This document shows, one piece after another, positions 29,501 through 41,238 of a DNA stretch of 56,682 nucleotides. The stretch lies in contig CAJBCV010000037.1 in the NCBI GenBank assembly GCA_903951635.1, positions 1 through 56,682 on the forward strand, in the 5' to 3' direction. The position numbers were made by a program, and so were the translations under genes. Numbering within the stretch: the stretch's first letter is position 1; every line of letters begins with the position of its first letter. The notes under the pieces were generated by a model, which was given only the letters and a program-made list of their open reading frames with translations, did no database searches and was not told the DNA's origin. The stretch is from an uncultured Planctomycetaceae bacterium (GTDB lineage Bacteria; Planctomycetota; Planctomycetia; Pirellulales; UBA1268).

Positions 29501-29927
29501 GCTTCTTCAGGCAGCCGGCGAGAAGGCCACCGACGGCGCCGCCGCGACCCGGTTTCTCCGCGAGGCCATCGCCGGCCGGAAGAATCAGGGGGGAGTGGCC
29601 TGGGGCTGGGGGGGCATTGCCAATCGGCTCGCCCGCCAAGCCGCCGATCCGAAGGCGGCCGACGCACGGACGAAGTTCTTCACGGCGAGGCTCAACGTCG
29701 TCCGCTGTCGCCTCGCGCTCCTCGCAAAGCCAGGGCAGGATCGGGCCAAGCTCCTCCAGATGGCATTCAACGACGTCGCTGTCACGTATCGGCTCTACCC
29801 CGATCTCGGTGGCGACGCCTTCCGTGCCCAGTTCGATGCGCTCCTGAAACAGATCCAGAAGGAACGCGGCGAGGCGAGCCCCCGTGGGCTTGCCGAGCTC
29901 GACGAAGCCCCTGTCGCCGCCTCATGA
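26556..29927 (+). CDS. large secreted/anchored Ala-rich alpha-helical (TPR-like) protein, ~1120 aa
   Basis: The N-terminus is hydrophobic (ILLLRGLLLRGLLAALPVLLVAHG). Coding is uninterrupted with high GC3 for 3.4 kb. The composition is helical-repeat-like throughout. The stop overlaps the next start (ATGA at 29924). The start codon is uncertain: ATG at 26556, or the ORF-track start at 26511. Confidence 0.7.
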   Translation: MVRFQGGRRAGHGIEAILLLRGLLLRGLLAALPVLLVAHGTTLVAARVQREGSPAAGGPGNAEIATRRLLDALTEKRMHDVVLAVLDRVANDPEASAELRTSLPLRRAGALTGLARREPAGARRAALLEQAAQEIDRCLAAGPGGDEAIAAYTQKGNLLVERGRIKLAQAKRPGEDGPKLTAEAIPLFDAAIAALEAPPRDPQAEIPPPTNAEDAVLASLRDVDARLAQLKNAGKEKEGDEPSGGKKSRRPAKKPATDVKLMEKLEDRQDELRGELLQTRLLVGNAHFEKSKALPPGSAEWKAVVRGSAERYRKLFEKYPKWGAGLYARYYEGRNYLVLAQAETVPEERRKLLDTALLTLASIRSLDGESGFVPTLRAKAINASLECWLEQKLYEQFDDRLQRLALVNVPADRLDAEWLGMKYRSAQLLAEKAEVLPGDQKGKKPGMLRDAKKLATDVARHNKDFARESRALLEKLGRAAPDDDDDPAASFAAAFDVAAGAVTAMQEKQAEAKGATAAGKAEEAAAALEAAGVERTRAIDALRRGLARADGVPSDDLNRARSLLTYLLYDARRLHDAAAVGTFLAERYPNAKGARQSAKIAMAAWQQLGRDGPAAWHAAAKARCAEVATLIMRTWPKEPESAEAAQVVVASAAESHDADRLVKLIADVPRDSAKGPEVLLRAGGALWRELVERRRLPDDVRPAPEILAAWRGRAVEALDAGLAALPAGGPVSPVAVAGGLARCQMAIEEGDQALAAKLLEQPSWGGWTVLSSGDAAYGSGPLAENAATVALRFFIQSQQLDKAQQAFDKLEAVAGTGPEATAKLTNMYLSMGRDLQGQLEALAANQGASQGASAGAALGILAGFEKFLEGVAKRDAKVASQMWVATTYLSLGSGSGSGSVVPQAKASGYLARAAEVYEALLKRSGSADGADEIARFIPSIRLKLASVYRELGRWDEALGHVDWILSDAKRQNSLDAQIQAAELLQAAGEKATDGAAATRFLREAIAGRKNQGGVAWGWGGIANRLARQAADPKAADARTKFFTARLNVVRCRLALLAKPGQDRAKLLQMAFNDVAVTYRLYPDLGGDAFRAQFDALLKQIQKERGEASPRGLAELDEAPVAAS

Positions 29928-31048
29928 CGTTCGTCCGCTCGCCCAGGAATGCCCCAGCCATGCCGACATCCATCCGCCGTGGAGCGATCCCAGCCCTGGG
30001 GTTGTTCCCCATCGTGCTCCTCGCTTCGTTCGTTGTCGGCCGCGAGGTCGTCGCGCAGACGGCCGATCGGGTCGTGACGAGTGCCGGCACGGTTTCCGGT
30101 CGCGTGACGGCGACGGCGGCCGACGAGGTCCAACTCGAGGATCGCAACGGGGAGACCAAAAAGATCCCCATCGACCAGATCCGGGAGGTGCAGTTCGGGG
30201 GTGAGCCTGCGGAGCTCAAGTCGGCCCGCTCGATGCTCCTTCGCGGACGCGCCGCCGACAGCTTGGAGGAGCTTGCCAAGATCGAGCCGTCCGATCTCGA
30301 TGGCGCCGAGCAGATCCTCCTCGACGAGGTCGATTATGTCCGAGCGGCAGCGACGGCCCGGGTGGCACTGGCCGCCGGCGGCGATCCCCGCGAGTCGGGG
30401 AAGCTCGTGGCCGATTTCGTTTCGAAGCACCCCGACAGCCACCACGCCTACGACATGCAGGAGCTCTTGGGCGACCTGCTGGCGCGGGCCGGCCGCGTCG
30501 ACAACGCGCTGTCCGCTTACGGGCAACTCGCGAAGGGGCCGCCGGCGTTCAAGGTCCGGGCCGCGTCGGCCCGGGCGGCGATGCTCCTCGACCAGGGGAA
30601 GTATGCCGAGGCCCTGCGGGAGTTCGACGCCGCGGTGCAGATCGACTCGAGCGACGAGGCCAGCGCCGCCCAGAAGCGCGCCGCCGAACTGGGGCGGGCC
30701 CGCTGCCTGGCCCAACTCGGCAAGCCCGAGGAGGCTGTCGGCCTCGTTCAGGCGGTGATCCAACAGGCCGACCCGGAGGACGGGGAAGTGCTCGGCCGGG
30801 CCTTCAATGCCCTCGGCCAGGCCTACCGGGCCGTGGCGGGGAAGGAGCAGGACGCCCTGATCGCATTCCTCACCGTCGATCTCGTCTACAACAAGATCCC
30901 CGAAAACCACGCCGAAGCCCTCTACAATCTCGTCGATCTGTGGGAAAAGGGGTCGAATCCGGAACGGGCCCGAGAGGCTCGCTCGACGCTCGAATCGAGC
31001 TATCCTGGATCGCAGTGGGCGAAGAAACTGGTGGCGGGCAAGAGCTGA
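29924..31048 (+). CDS. secreted TPR-like protein
   Basis: ATGA overlap with the upstream gene. A signal-like segment is present (AIPALGLFPIVLLASFVVGREVVAQ). TPR-like helices occur in the C-terminal half (GKYAEALREFDAAVQIDSSD...; HAEALYNLVDLWEK). Confidence 0.7.
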   Translation: MTFVRSPRNAPAMPTSIRRGAIPALGLFPIVLLASFVVGREVVAQTADRVVTSAGTVSGRVTATAADEVQLEDRNGETKKIPIDQIREVQFGGEPAELKSARSMLLRGRAADSLEELAKIEPSDLDGAEQILLDEVDYVRAAATARVALAAGGDPRESGKLVADFVSKHPDSHHAYDMQELLGDLLARAGRVDNALSAYGQLAKGPPAFKVRAASARAAMLLDQGKYAEALREFDAAVQIDSSDEASAAQKRAAELGRARCLAQLGKPEEAVGLVQAVIQQADPEDGEVLGRAFNALGQAYRAVAGKEQDALIAFLTVDLVYNKIPENHAEALYNLVDLWEKGSNPERAREARSTLESSYPGSQWAKKLVAGKS

Positions 31049-31237
31049 CGAACCAAAAACAATCCGTGAGTCGGTCGACCGCGTCAGCGGCCCGGCTTGA
31101 GGGGACGAACCTGGGTGGCGTACGATCCTGGGGGCCGTGGACGCTGGGCGGCGTCTGGCCCCGGGCCGGGCGGGGGAGTCCAGTCGCGTGGGTAGTTGTG
31201 TGGAAGGGTCGATTCGACGTTTTCCGAGGAGATGAGC

Positions 31238-32086
31238 ATGCAGTCGGCTGCGATCACGGTGGTTGGAGGGAACGGGGAGCAGGGGCGTCAGACAGGAGCC
31301 TGGTGTCTCCGTGGCCTTCGTGCGGCGTTCTCGCGGGCCGCGCTGGCCTTGGCCCTCCTCCTCCCGGCAACGGCGGCTTTCGGCCCCGTGCTCGCCCCCA
31401 GCGTCGCCGTCGCCCAGGACGACCTCGCTGACGAGGAAGGGGCTCCCGCGGAGGGAGAGAGCATGCTCGTCTTCTACTACAACGCCCTTGGCCTGCGGTA
31501 CGTGATCATTTTCCTCCTCCTCTCGTTCGCCCTCGTCGCGCTCCTCGTGATGTGCTTTCTCCAAGTCCGTCGCGAAGCGCTCATGCCCAAGGCCCTCCGG
31601 GAGGGTTTCGAAGCCCATCTCGACGCCAAGGAGTTTCAGCAGGCCTACGATCTGGCCAAGGCGGATGATTCCTACCTCGGCCACGTGCTCGCCGCCGGCA
31701 TGAGCAAGATCCAGTCGGGGCATGCGGCCGCCGAAGAGGCGATGCATGAGTCGGAGGACGAGGAGGCGATGAAGCTCGAGCACAAGATCAGCTATGTATC
31801 GCTCATCGGGGCGCTGGCGCCGATGTTCGGCCTCCTCGGCACGGTCGATGGGATGGTCGGGGCGTTCATGGTGATCGCGAGGTCGGCGACGGCCCCGAAG
31901 CCCTCGGAATTGGCGATCGGCATCTCGCAGGCGCTGATCACGACGCTCATTGGCTTGTGGCTGGCGATCCCGGCGATCGCCTGCTTCGCCTTGTTCAAGA
32001 ACTGGCTCCAGACGCTCAACGGCGAGGTCGCCGACGAGTCGGAGCGGCTCATGGCCCGCTTCCAGTCGATCGGCGTCAAGAAGTGA
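31238..32086 (+). CDS. exbB: MotA/TolQ/ExbB family proton-channel protein with an N-terminal signal/extension
   Basis: LIGALAPMFGLLGTVDGMVGAF and ISQALITTLIGLWLAIPAI are the conserved TM2/TM3 motifs of ExbB/TolQ. GGAG lies 6 nt upstream of the ATG at 31238. An alternative ATG start lies at 31232. Confidence 0.88.
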   Translation: MQSAAITVVGGNGEQGRQTGAWCLRGLRAAFSRAALALALLLPATAAFGPVLAPSVAVAQDDLADEEGAPAEGESMLVFYYNALGLRYVIIFLLLSFALVALLVMCFLQVRREALMPKALREGFEAHLDAKEFQQAYDLAKADDSYLGHVLAAGMSKIQSGHAAAEEAMHESEDEEAMKLEHKISYVSLIGALAPMFGLLGTVDGMVGAFMVIARSATAPKPSELAIGISQALITTLIGLWLAIPAIACFALFKNWLQTLNGEVADESERLMARFQSIGVKK

Positions 32087-32139
32087 CGACGGCGTCCCGT
32101 TCACCCGAGCAGACCCCGTTCACCCCAGCGATCCGATCC

Positions 32140-32580
32140 ATGGCCAAACGCAGTGGCGGTCCGTCGAACACCGAGATCGACATGACGCCGATGATCGACA
32201 TGACGTTCCAGTTGATCACGTTCTTCATGTTCGTGATGAACTTCTCGGAGGCGGAGCAGGATGACCGCATCCAGCTTCCGTCGAGCCAACTCGCCAAGCC
32301 GGCCGACGGGGTGATCGAAAAGCCGATCACGCTCCAGCTCACGAACGCCGGATCGGTGATCTATGCCGGCGAACTCGTGGCCGTGCGGGACATCGGCGCC
32401 TACCTGGAGCGCGAGAAGACGCTGATGATCGACGAGAATCGCGAGCCGAACTCGGCGACGATCATCGTTCGGGCCGACGGCCGGGCGAAGACCGGCGAGG
32501 TGCAGGACATCATCCGCATCTGCCAGGAGAAGGGGTTCGAACGGTTCGCCCTCCGGGCGCAGTACGACGACAGGCGGTGA
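32140..32580 (+). CDS. exbD: ExbD/TolR family biopolymer transport protein
   Basis: EIDMTPMIDMTFQLITFFM is the signature N-terminal TM segment of ExbD/TolR. The ATG at 32140 lies inside ORF 31957-32580. Confidence 0.88.
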   Translation: MAKRSGGPSNTEIDMTPMIDMTFQLITFFMFVMNFSEAEQDDRIQLPSSQLAKPADGVIEKPITLQLTNAGSVIYAGELVAVRDIGAYLEREKTLMIDENREPNSATIIVRADGRAKTGEVQDIIRICQEKGFERFALRAQYDDRR

Positions 32581-32584
32581 ACCG

Positions 32585-33070
32585 ATGGCACGCAGATCCA
32601 GCTCCGGACTGACCGACAAGGTCGAGATCAACATGACGCCGATGATCGACGTCGTCTTCCAGTTGATGTCGTTCTTCATGTGTACCCTCAAGGTCGTTTC
32701 CCCCGAAGGGGATTTCGACATCCGCATGCCGATCGCGGCGGCTGCCGCGGCGGCCCCCGACGATCAGCAGATCCCACCGGTCCGCGTGAAGCTCTCGGCC
32801 GCGCCCGACGGGAGCCTGGCCGCGATCGCGATGAACGGCACCCCCGTCGCCGATTTCGACGAACTGCGGAAGAGGATCATCGCGCTGGTCGGGGCCGACA
32901 GTGGCCCCAACTCGCTCGCCGAGAAGACGGAGGTCGAGTTCGACGCCGATTACGCGCTGAAATACGCCAACGTCGTCAAGGCGATCACGGCCGTGTCGGG
33001 GAAGGTGGAGAACGGCCAGGTGGTGGAGCTGATCAGGAAGATCAAGTTCACGCCGCCCAAGAAGGGCTGA
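32585..33070 (+). CDS. exbD: ExbD/TolR family biopolymer transport protein (second copy)
   Basis: EINMTPMIDVVFQLMSFFM. The gene starts 4 nt after the previous stop. Confidence 0.88.
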   Translation: MARRSSSGLTDKVEINMTPMIDVVFQLMSFFMCTLKVVSPEGDFDIRMPIAAAAAAAPDDQQIPPVRVKLSAAPDGSLAAIAMNGTPVADFDELRKRIIALVGADSGPNSLAEKTEVEFDADYALKYANVVKAITAVSGKVENGQVVELIRKIKFTPPKKG

Positions 33071-33149
33071 CGTCGCGGGAGCGCGATGTCGCTGGCAAGC
33101 CAGGCTGCGGCACGGCTGCGGATTGTCCGTGTGTCGGCCGGTGGGGCCT

Positions 33150-34193
33150 TCAGCCGCGCGGGTGAAAGCGGCCGTGGATGCCCTTGAGTCGGCCGGCATC
33201 GACGTGCGTGTAGCGCTGGGTCGTGGCGATGCTCGCGTGGCCGAGCATCTCCTGGACGTGGCGGAGATCGACCCCTCCGGCGACGAGGTGGGTCGCGAAG
33301 CTGTGGCGGAGGGTGTGGGGGCCGATGTCGGGGGGAACCCCGGCCTTGCGGGCGTGGTCGGTGACGATCTCCCAGATCCGCATCCGTGACAGCCGGTTGC
33401 CGCGGGACGAAAGCAGCGCCCACGGGGGGATGCTCTCGGCATTGACGGCGTAGGTGCCCCGGTGGCCGTTGATCCAGGTCCGGACGGCGCTCACCGCGCG
33501 GGCCCCGAGCGGAACGACCCGCTCCTTGTTCCCCTTGCCATGGCAGGTGCAGAAGCATTCGGCGAGGTGGATGTCGGTGACCTTCAGCGTCGACACCTCC
33601 GAGGCCCGGCAGCCGGTGGCGTAGAGAAGTTCGAGGAGGGCCTTGTCCCGTTGCCCAGTCGGTGACCGGCCGTCGGGGCTGGCCAAAAGCCGATCGACCT
33701 GCTCGGGAGACAGGGCGCCGGGGATGGTGTCGTCGCGGCGCGAGGCGGCAAGGAGCTCGGCCGGGCTCTCCGAAACCGTCCCTTCGAGTTGGAGAAAGGC
33801 GAAGAACACGCGGAGGGTCGCCGCCTGGCGGGCCACGCTTGCGCGCGCGAGCCCCTTCTTCGAGAGATGTCCGAGGTAGTCGCCGAGATCACGGATCGAG
33901 ATCGCGGCGGCGTTTCGTCCCCCGAGCCAGGCGCTGAAGTCGCGGAGGTCGCGGGCGTAGGCCTGGAGGGTGTTGTCGGCCAGGGCGCGTTCGTGGCGGA
34001 CGTAGGTCAGAAACCGCTCCACGAACAGCGCGTTCGAGGCGGGGCCTGTCTCGGCCGCGGGGGCGACATCGAGGATCACACGCCGTCCCCGCTCGCGCTT
34101 CACGATCACCGGCAGTGGGGCCGGTGCCGGTGCCTGGGGGGGGGATCGCCCCGGGGGGGCTGGCTTCGACGGGCCTGGGGTGCGGCGGGGCAT
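33150..34193 (-). CDS. tyrosine site-specific recombinase, XerC/XerD family
   Basis: FVERFLTYVRHERALADNTLQAYARDLRDF matches the N-terminal SAM-like domain. Catalytic residues are present in GCRASEVSTL (R), HTLRHSFATHLV (HxxR) and LGHASIATTQRYTHV (H, Y). The ATG at 34193 was chosen inside ORF 33150-34313. Confidence 0.88.
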   Translation of the reverse strand: MPRRTPGPSKPAPPGRSPPQAPAPAPLPVIVKRERGRRVILDVAPAAETGPASNALFVERFLTYVRHERALADNTLQAYARDLRDFSAWLGGRNAAAISIRDLGDYLGHLSKKGLARASVARQAATLRVFFAFLQLEGTVSESPAELLAASRRDDTIPGALSPEQVDRLLASPDGRSPTGQRDKALLELLYATGCRASEVSTLKVTDIHLAECFCTCHGKGNKERVVPLGARAVSAVRTWINGHRGTYAVNAESIPPWALLSSRGNRLSRMRIWEIVTDHARKAGVPPDIGPHTLRHSFATHLVAGGVDLRHVQEMLGHASIATTQRYTHVDAGRLKGIHGRFHPRG

Positions 34194-34354
34194 GGATCGA
34201 CCTCCATCCCTCTGTTCGGCAGGCCCCTGCCGACGGAATGAGTCCGCATCAGCCCACCCACGGGGCGAGCCCTCCGGACCGGCACAGCCGTCACGATCGA
34301 GCCATGAGGCCACGACGCCTGGAAAGGCGGAGGGTCATCAAGGTGGCAGGCGAC

Positions 34355-38050
<3,696 letters not shown>

Positions 38051-38397
38051 GATGGGGCCGACGACCAAAGGCCGCCGGAGCTGGGTTGCAGGGAGGGAAA
38101 GTTTTCCGGACGCGTCATGATAGGCGACTGGGGGGGGCGGGCATACTGCGCTGCGGGGAGCGGCGGCGATCGACGGCCCCGGACTGTGTTGTGAGGGGGC
38201 ATGGGGAGGCGGAGGGGGGCTGACGGCTGGCCGTGGCCCCCGTTCAAGCACAGGGCGGGATGGGGACGATGGTCTCACAGGGCCCGAGGCTCGTGCCCTC
38301 CGGAGGGATGCCGACCCAGCGGTGTTTCGCGCGTTCGACGCGCCTCGCCCTGAAAAGCGTGGCCCGTGTTTGGAGCCTTGGGGAGAAGGCCTTCGGG

Positions 38398-38742
38398 ATG
38401 GTGGTGATCGCCAGGTTTCCGCGACTCGATCCGACCGTGGCGGCGGCGTCTCCGGCGATGCCCGTTGACGCTATCGCGGCGATGACAACCGCGGCGATCG
38501 CCCCGGCCGATGTCACGTCGGACGTGTTGCCCAAGGTGTCGGCCGGGCCGGCGCTCCAGGGGCGCACCCGGGCACCCCGGGCGAGATTTCCGGCCGTGTC
38601 GACGCTCGTGCTCGCGGTGGTGGCCGGGATGTTTTGGGTGGCGGTGTGGCGCGACGAGCAGCGGCGCACTGCGGAGGATGCCGAACGCGATCGCGAAGCG
38701 GTGGCCATGGAACCGGATGGGGAAGCGGGGCTGATCCGATGA
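38398..38742 (+). CDS. small single-pass membrane protein (first gene of a 3-gene operon)
   Basis: One predicted TM helix ([21 protein letters not shown]) is followed by a charged tail. GC3 rises clearly from the ATG at 38398, which is preceded by gGAGAAGG. The stop overlaps the next ATG (ATGA at 38739-38742). The start is uncertain: the ORF-track start is 38233. Confidence 0.45.
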   Translation: MVVIARFPRLDPTVAAASPAMPVDAIAAMTTAAIAPADVTSDVLPKVSAGPALQGRTRAPRARFPAVSTLVLAVVAGMFWVAVWRDEQRRTAEDAERDREAVAMEPDGEAGLIR

Positions 38743-39353
38743 CCCTCGACTGGCTCGACACCGCGTTCCTTGCCCGGCAGCCTCGCCCCACGCCGGCCAC
38801 GCCGCCGGCCGCCCTGACCGCTCCGGAGGCGTTTGCCCCCGCGGCGCTGCCCCCGGGGCCGCAGCCATCGGCGGCAGCGGTAGTGCGTGGGGATTCCGTC
38901 GTCGCGCGTCTCCTCGAGGCCGTGCCGTCGGAGTGGGACAGCCTGGCTGCGGCCATCGAATCGACGGCGCTTTCGGGTGGGCGCGTGGTCGCCTTCACCG
39001 GCGGGGAGCGGAGCGAAGGGCGATCGACGGTGGTCGTCGGAGTGGCGGAGGTTCTCCGTCGCCGCGGGCGATCGGTGGCCATCCATTCCCAGGCCCCGCT
39101 CCTGCTTCCTTTCGACGAAGCGGAGCGAGCTCGCGCGGCTGAGATCGTGCTCGTCGATGCCGGGCCATGGTTCACGGCCGGTCCGCTCCGTCGTCGCACG
39201 ATCGAACGGGCGGCCCTGGGATGTGATGCGGCGGTGCTTGTCCGCCGGGCCGACGCTTCCCCCTGCCCCGCCTGGTCGGAAGCGCTTGCCGCGATCGGCC
39301 TGACGGTGCTCGGCGAGGCGGTGACGTTCGAGCCGACGTTGGCGGCGGGGTAA
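38739..39353 (+). CDS. BY-kinase / MinD-ParA-like P-loop protein with a degenerate Walker A (Lys to Arg)
   Basis: VVAFTGGERSEGRSTVVVGVAEVL parallels the BY-kinase Walker A ...(T/S)GxxxGEGKS(T), with Arg (CGA 39021-39023) in place of Lys. IVLVDAGPW is Walker B-like, and AAVLVRRADAS and LTVLGEAVT match later conserved blocks. No Tyr cluster is present. The ATG at 38739 lies inside ORF 38634-39353. Confidence 0.6.
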   Translation: MTLDWLDTAFLARQPRPTPATPPAALTAPEAFAPAALPPGPQPSAAAVVRGDSVVARLLEAVPSEWDSLAAAIESTALSGGRVVAFTGGERSEGRSTVVVGVAEVLRRRGRSVAIHSQAPLLLPFDEAERARAAEIVLVDAGPWFTAGPLRRRTIERAALGCDAAVLVRRADASPCPAWSEALAAIGLTVLGEAVTFEPTLAAG

Positions 39354-39358
39354 CCGCC

Positions 39359-39997
39359 ATGGTCGTCTCTCGGGGAGTGCCGGTGGTCCTCACCCCCGCC
39401 CAGGAAGCAGCGCTGGGCCGGATCCGCTTCGCGCTCGAGGAGCCGGCCGGGGTCGTCCTCCTCTGCGGGCCTGCCGGCGTCGGGACGAGCCTCGTCCTCG
39501 CCCGAATGGCTGCCGAACTCGGAACCGGCCGACCGGGGGAAATGCCGATCTGGACTCCACCCGAGCTTGCTGAGGCCATCAGGCGGGACGAGCCGATCGG
39601 GGGCATCGTCCTCGTCGACGATGCCCATCTGGCCACCGCGGACGAGTTCGCCGTGCTGGCCACGTTCGTGGGGTCACGCGGCGGGCACGCCCGGTGCGTC
39701 GTACTGGCGGGGCGCGGCCGACTGCTGACCCTCGTCGGGCGCGACAGCCGGATCGCTCCCCGCGTCCGATTGCGGGCGATCGTGCCGCCGCTGTCGCTTG
39801 CCGACACGCGGCGGATCGTGGAACGCGGGCTTGGGGAGGTGGGGCCCGAGGTGGTGCAGGCCTGCCACGAAATCACGGCCGGGATCCCCGCAGCCCTCGA
39901 ACGCCTCGTCGAGTTGGCCACGGTGTCGGCCGGTCGGCGGCTGACGCCCGCGGACATCGAAACGATCCACCGCCGGCTCGATCCGCAGGCGGTGTGA
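39359..39997 (+). CDS. ExeA/GspA-like AAA ATPase-fold protein with Walker A Lys replaced by Thr
   Basis: VVLLCGPAGVGTSLVLARMAAEL compares with the canonical GxxGxGK(S/T), with Thr (ACG 39485-39487) at the Lys position. IVLVDDAHL is a Walker B motif of the AAA_22/ExeA type. The gene starts 5 nt after the previous stop. Confidence 0.6.
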   Translation: MVVSRGVPVVLTPAQEAALGRIRFALEEPAGVVLLCGPAGVGTSLVLARMAAELGTGRPGEMPIWTPPELAEAIRRDEPIGGIVLVDDAHLATADEFAVLATFVGSRGGHARCVVLAGRGRLLTLVGRDSRIAPRVRLRAIVPPLSLADTRRIVERGLGEVGPEVVQACHEITAGIPAALERLVELATVSAGRRLTPADIETIHRRLDPQAV

Positions 39998-40031
39998 GAC
40001 ACGCCGCGCGAATCGCTGGCCTTCGTCGCCT

Positions 40032-41216
40032 TCAATCGGCCGTGGCCGCGGTCCGGGCGAGATAGTCGGCGGTCGATTCGGGGGGCTTGGTGCCCGCCGG
40101 CGGGAGGGGGCGGCCGGGCGCGAACGGCGCCGGATCGAGGTGGGGCGGATGGCCGGTCATCAGGTCGGCCAGGAGGACGGCGCTCCCGGTCGACTGGTGG
40201 AGCCCCGCGCGGAAGTGGCCGGCCGACACGAAGGCGTTGTCGAGGTCGGGGATTCGGCCGATCGTCGGGTTGCCATCGGCGTTTCCCGGGCGGAGGCCGG
40301 CCCAGGATCGTTCCACGACGCTTCCCGGTAACTCGCCGAGGAGCGACCGGGCGACGCCGAGAAGGCGGGTGACGGTGTCGGGGGTCGTCGTCGGATCGAA
40401 ACCGACGTCTTCGAGCGTCGAGCCGACGAGGAGCCGGCCGTCGGGGCGCTGGACGAGGTAGTCGAGTCCACGGTTCACGATCCGCGTGATCAGCGGCTTC
40501 GGGAGACGGAGGAGGACGATCTGGCCACGGATCGGCCTGGTGTCGAGCGGGAGGCCGAAGGCGCCGGCGAGGCCTCCAGTCCAGCTGCCTGCCGCGAGCA
40601 CCCAGGTGCCGGCGGTGATCTCGCCGGTCGCCGTCACCGCCCGCTCCAAGCGCGTGCCCCTGACGACGAACTGGCGGACGTCGGCCTCGTCGAAGACCAC
40701 GCCCCGCTTGCGACACGACGCTTCGAGGGCGTCGAGGTGGCGCGAGGGGCGAAGTTGCATCTCTTCCCGGAGCAGCATTCCCCCGAGGATCTCCCCCACC
40801 CCGTCGCCGGCGGCGAGCGCCGGTTCGCACGCCATCACGTCGCGTGCGTCGAGCAGATCGGCCAGCGTCCCTTGGCCGCGCCATCGCGACGCGTCGGCCC
40901 GGAGTCGCTCGAGTCCTGCGGCCGAGCGGGCAAGGTGGAGGCCGCCACTCGGGAGGAGGCCGTTGTCGATGCCGGTCTCGGCGTGGAGATCCTTCGACCA
41001 GAGGCGGTGGAGCTTGTCACTCCACGCCGTGAGGGCGTGGGTCGGGGAGATTCCTGCATGGAGCGGCGCCGGCGGAAAGATCCCCGCTGCCGCCCAGGAC
41101 GTGGTGTCGGCACCGCGGCCGCGGGCGACAACCCGCACCTTCACGCCACGGCCTGCGAGTTCCCGGGCGAGGGAGAGACCGATGATTCCGCCACCGACGA
41201 TGCAGCAGTCGTTCAT
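40032..41216 (-). CDS. FAD-dependent oxidoreductase, glycine oxidase (ThiO)/D-amino-acid oxidase family
   Basis: MNDCCIVGGGIIGLSLARELAGRGVKVRVV is a dinucleotide-binding GxGxxG N-terminus. The ~394 aa length and the internal pattern (GHFRAGL near the C-terminus) fit ThiO-type enzymes. No other thi genes are adjacent. Confidence 0.75.
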   Translation of the reverse strand: MNDCCIVGGGIIGLSLARELAGRGVKVRVVARGRGADTTSWAAAGIFPPAPLHAGISPTHALTAWSDKLHRLWSKDLHAETGIDNGLLPSGGLHLARSAAGLERLRADASRWRGQGTLADLLDARDVMACEPALAAGDGVGEILGGMLLREEMQLRPSRHLDALEASCRKRGVVFDEADVRQFVVRGTRLERAVTATGEITAGTWVLAAGSWTGGLAGAFGLPLDTRPIRGQIVLLRLPKPLITRIVNRGLDYLVQRPDGRLLVGSTLEDVGFDPTTTPDTVTRLLGVARSLLGELPGSVVERSWAGLRPGNADGNPTIGRIPDLDNAFVSAGHFRAGLHQSTGSAVLLADLMTGHPPHLDPAPFAPGRPLPPAGTKPPESTADYLARTAATAD

Positions 41217-41238
41217 GGTGCGTTTCGATGGACTCTTC

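Noticed and set aside
26868-29639. 923-aa minus-strand ORF, with a similar 769-aa ORF at 29795-32104
   Set aside because: Both are antisense to the giant TPR-like gene and to the TPR/exbB genes. The exbB motifs fix the coding strand as plus. The minus-strand translations are Arg/Gly/Pro-rich.
33150-34193. Tyrosine recombinase as the marker of an integrated mobile element or integron
   Set aside because: No flanking direct repeats, attC-like sites, phage, transposase or cargo genes are present. The neighbours are exbD and metH. The motifs fit a chromosomal XerC/XerD-type dimer-resolution enzyme.
38051-38397. Riboswitch (B12, SAM or SAH) in the metH leader / divergent intergenic region
   Set aside because: I read the minus-strand leader and found no B12 box (GCCACUG-like). 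I also found no convincing SAH or SAM-II core sequences, only generic GC-rich and C-rich tracts. A covariance-model scan would be needed, so no claim is made.
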